A stretch of DNA of 61,908 bases, counting the filler, from Basidiobolus meristosporus CBS 931.73 (taxonomy: Eukaryota > Fungi > Basidiobolomycota): NCBI GenBank assembly GCA_002104905.1. It is 3 parts of 3 records of this genome, joined end to end, with 100 filler letters (N's around TTAATTAATTAA, not from the genome) between each part and the next. Parts side by side here need not be neighbours in the genome. Positions count along the whole stretch, not along the records: positions 51,244 to 61,908 come from MCFE01001298.1; 2 more parts are not named here. One strand, given 5' to 3'. Below the pieces are notes generated by a model, which did not search any database, was not told the origin of the DNA, and was given only the letters and a program-made list of their open reading frames with translations. Of the stretch, positions 58,216-61,908 are shown piece after piece; position 1 is the first letter of the stretch, and each line of letters starts with the position of its first letter. Both the position numbers and the translations under genes were made by a program.

Positions 58216-61200
58216 CCCTATGAAAAGTAATTTGGTCCTGCAGGTAGATCCAATGCAGATCAGTTATTGGGATCCCATTAAGAGACAATCATAATACTAG
58301 CAGCTTGGAACTAATGACCCTCTTATCAATCTTATGATGGGATTACAACAGCATTTTGCTAATTTTACTTCCAAATAAAACAATAAAACTTGACAAGACC
58401 TGATTGGTGCTCTGAAAATAATTGCATGGTATTGTTGCGGTTGTACTGTGCTCTACAACTATTTTAAATGGATCCAACTGGCCAGGACATCAAACTGCCT
58501 TATGTGACACAAAACTAGATGGTATTTCAGCAGCCTCATAATGAGACTCTGATGGCATTATATTTTAAGTATGGCAGCCTACAGCTGGTTATGTATAATG
58601 CAACCATACCAGTTTACCAAGTGGTATTTCCTTTTTCTAGCTCCCCTTGTGCAATTCATACATTCCACTGTAGTATTACCCCACTTAGTTTGGTTACCTA
58701 CTACTACCTTGGGTTTTCCACATATAGTTTGAATCAAAAAATACTATGTCCTCCTGCTTACTAACCTCCACATATGCACACATCTACCACAATTGACATA
58801 CTTCTATCACCTCAACTTGACAGCTTTTTAGTGTGATACTTGCAAAGCTGCCATATAGCTTGTACTGCTGGTAACATATATATCTTGCAAACATATGCTT
58901 GGTTGTTGCCACATCTTCCATGAATACCTCCTGAATATCCTCAAAGAACTCTTGGTATTTAGCTGTAATATTTCTTCTCCCTGCTGGATTCTAGTCCCCC
59001 TTATAGGTGCACTCTAGCACTGGTTTGTGTGAATTCTGTATTGAATGTTGTAGAAGTTGGTGTTTGACCATCAGAAATCCAGCATACCTTGGTAGAGTTT
59101 TCCTAATAAAAATTAGTTGCTTGTTGCACCCAACCCAACTGTGCAGTGAGTTTTGAATGTGAGTGCCATGCAACTGTTAACACACGCTGGAATGAGTACA
59201 GTCTCTGGACTGTACATTGCCAGCTGCATGATGGTTGTCCACTTGTTCCATGTACATGATAAGTTGCATCCTGGAATGATTTTGGCAAGAAGTAGTAATA
59301 AACCCTTGAAGCCCCCATTACTGATTTTAGTCAAAACACACCACTGCTCTAGCCACAACATTACATTATTCACCAGTAGATAGATTACTGGGCTCATTTG
59401 GCTCCATAAAGTATCCTGGCATTTGTTTCAATGGGTGTTGTCTCATTGCATATTGGGACTTGACCAGGCTTATACATGGTACTGTTGTTAGGGGAGATAG
59501 GTTCACAATCCATCAGTGAACCTTCTTTGTCTGAGCTATCACTCTGCGTGCCATATTCAGAAGGCTGAGGTGAGCCTAAAGGCATCACAAACTCACCTGA
59601 CTCAGTTTGCACAAGGTTACAAATATGGCTAGGCAACAATATAGAAGTGTCAACTGGCCAGAAAGATAATGTTGGTACAGTAGTAGCCAATGAATGGTCA
59701 AATATGACCTGTGTGGCAAAGCACTGGCTGTTATCCTTGTAATACTTCCTATACTTTCTGCATGCTTCATGGCTGAGAGGCTAATTATAATAGCCACATG
59801 GTTTTTTTTCTCTTCTCTTATGGTATTGAGTCAAAGTAGTCATGTACATGGGGCAAACAGTTTGACCTTTGACAACGCAATGCTTTTATATCACTTTTTG
59901 GTCAATACTCATGTGAGCTTAGAACAGTCTTGTATTTGTGACATTGCACCTACCTGAATGTAAGATTTAATGAGGACCCCCCAGAGTAAGCATAATAAAT
60001 AAAGTTGTGGCACCACATACACATGTATATGCAGCACTATTTTCCTCATGTGAACTTAAGACAGTCTTGTATTTGAGACATTGCACCTACATGAATGTGA
60101 GATTCAATGGTGACCCACCATAGTAAGCATTATAAATAAAGTTGTGGCACCACATAGACATGTATATGTACCACCATTTCCCTTTGGTTTGACTCACATC
60201 CATGTATATGCTGCCAAAAAATAAAGCAAAGTTGTCTGGTTTCCTGCCAAAACCCGCTGCTGACAGCAACAGAAGAACATTTGGACATCAGCTGACTTTG
60301 ACACTCAGTGAACAAGTGGGGCTACATCCAAAAAAGACCATGTTAACAGATTGCCCACTGATGGTAATAAGTCAGACTCCTCAGGGTCTCAGTCAAGGGT
60401 GCAATTGAGAACCTCTGCAGAGCCACAAGTTGACTGTTATGCTCAGGCAAATGCAAATGTAGTAAATGTAGTACCCTTGGTTGAAGACTGGCAAGTGGCC
60501 ATCATAACTTCACCTTCTCCCATATTAGCAAGTATGTTGCAAGCTCATACCAAAGCATTAATGAAGCAATTAGGTGCAGTGGATGATAGGATAGATACAA
60601 TGGCCCAGTGAAATTGGGAAATAGTCCAGAAACAGGATGAGTAGATAATAAATGTGGAGCAATCAATATCCCATGTAGAGAAAGCAGTATCTTTGCTGCA
60701 AAGAAGAAACTCAAGTAGATCAATGTTACAGCAAAGAATGCTATTTCCCAATGTAACAGCAAAGGAACACCACACAGTCTTTGAAGCACAACAACAGTGC
60801 CCAAAGATAAAGCTTACAGAAAACCTATAACAGTGTGGGAGGGAGATAATGTGGTTTTTATACCAAAGCCTAAAAATCAAAAGACATTGAAGATCCCTGA
60901 AGCCATTGAGTGCAATAATGAAGAGTGGGCTAATATTCAAGAGGAAGTTAGATGTTTGGCACAGCATCACCTTAAGGCCAGCACATCATGGGACCATAAG
61001 GAACTCAAGGCCAAGCAGAATGCATTTGACTTGTTCCATGAGCATTATCCTGGATTCAAACAGGCAAACAAATTTTTGGCCAGCATTGGTGTGCTAAGAT
61101 AGTATTTTAAGAATAGCAGACACTATCAAAGGTAGAGAACAAGGGTGCCATGGATAAAAACCAGCAGCTTCCTCTAGAGCCTGTTACAAGCAGGGCTCAA

Positions 61201-61660
61201 AGCTCCAGACAAGCATCAAAGAGACATGAGGTAGCTTGAAGGGTGCTAATTAGGGACAAGCAGGCAGACACAGATGCACCAGCAAAACATTTATCACGGA
61301 AAAGTGTAGTAACACTCAAGGTGCACTCACTCAAAGTAGCAGTGAAGGACCTTGCAGTGATAAAAACCAGCTGCTTTGACAGGAGCCTGTCACAACTACA
61401 ATTGAATGCTCAATGCAAGTGGAAACAAAACATCAGGCTGCCAGAAGAGTGTCAGCAAGGGACAAGCAAGACAAAACAGATGCATCAGAGCAGAATTTAT
61501 CCAGGAGAAAACGTAGTTCTTTACAAGAAGCACTCCAACAAAGTAGCAGTGAAAGACTTGGCAGTGATAAAGGAAAAGGCAAAGGGAAAAATGTCTACCC
61601 AAGCCTGAGACAGGGAGGCATGCAAAAAAAACTGCAGTTCTTGCCAGTTAACACTGGGAA
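58216..61660. mobile_element. CMC/EnSpm deletion derivative in inverted orientation: TIR, transposase (-) lacking its catalytic core, ORF2 (+) 5' two-thirds
   Basis: CCCTATGAAAAGTAAT at 58216; at ~59155 the transposase N-terminal and C-terminal parts are fused (about 1.5 kb missing relative to 26130-27660); ORF2 from ~60208. Confidence 0.85.
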
Positions 61661-61908
61661 ATGGCTCATTTCTTGGCTGTGACATTGAGCTACTTGAGTT
61701 CCTTCTTTGCAGGAAAGATACTGCTTTCTCTACCTGGGATATTGATTGCTCTACACTTTTTATCTGCTTATCTGGTTTCTAGACTATTTATTGACTCCTT
61801 TGGGCCATTGCAGCTATCCTATCAGCCACTGCTCCTAATGGCCTCATTAATGCTTTGGTATGAGCTGACAGCATATTTGCTAATACAGGTGGTGGTGATG
61901 TTCCAATG
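61661..61908 (-). mobile_element. CMC ORF2 fragment in opposite orientation, running off the window
   Basis: Matches 33330-33570 and 49210-49440. Confidence 0.75.

Noticed and set aside
1-61908. Classical ascomycete CpA-type RIP as the main decay process
   Set aside because: TG/CA dinucleotides remain abundant while CG is depleted, and the stops are mainly TGA at probable CGA sites. A quantitative test has not been run.

Overview
This is a eukaryotic, probably fungal, transposable-element graveyard, and almost every base belongs to nested, decayed elements. Six groups can be recognised. (1) At least two Ty3/Gypsy families, plus two unrelated solo LTRs. (2) Two Ty1/Copia families primed by a half tRNA-iMet; the best copy, at 40136-44818, has 349-bp LTRs about 97% identical and an AGTGT TSD. 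(3) A CMC/EnSpm (CACTA-like) DNA transposon family with CCCTATGAAAAA termini, carrying a transposase and a divergently oriented, uncharacterised ~690-aa second ORF that occurs about 10 times in the window. (4) Two long-inverted-repeat non-autonomous (MITE/foldback) families. (5) A probable MULE transposase relic. (6) One apparent host-gene piece, the 3' end of a histidine acid phosphatase (28266-28571), beside a scaffold gap. Decay looks driven by CpG C>T transitions. The most notable patterns are the unknown divergent partner ORF of the CMC element, repeated insertion of elements into members of their own family, and the foldback families. All boundaries, TSDs and identities were read manually; no database searches were run.
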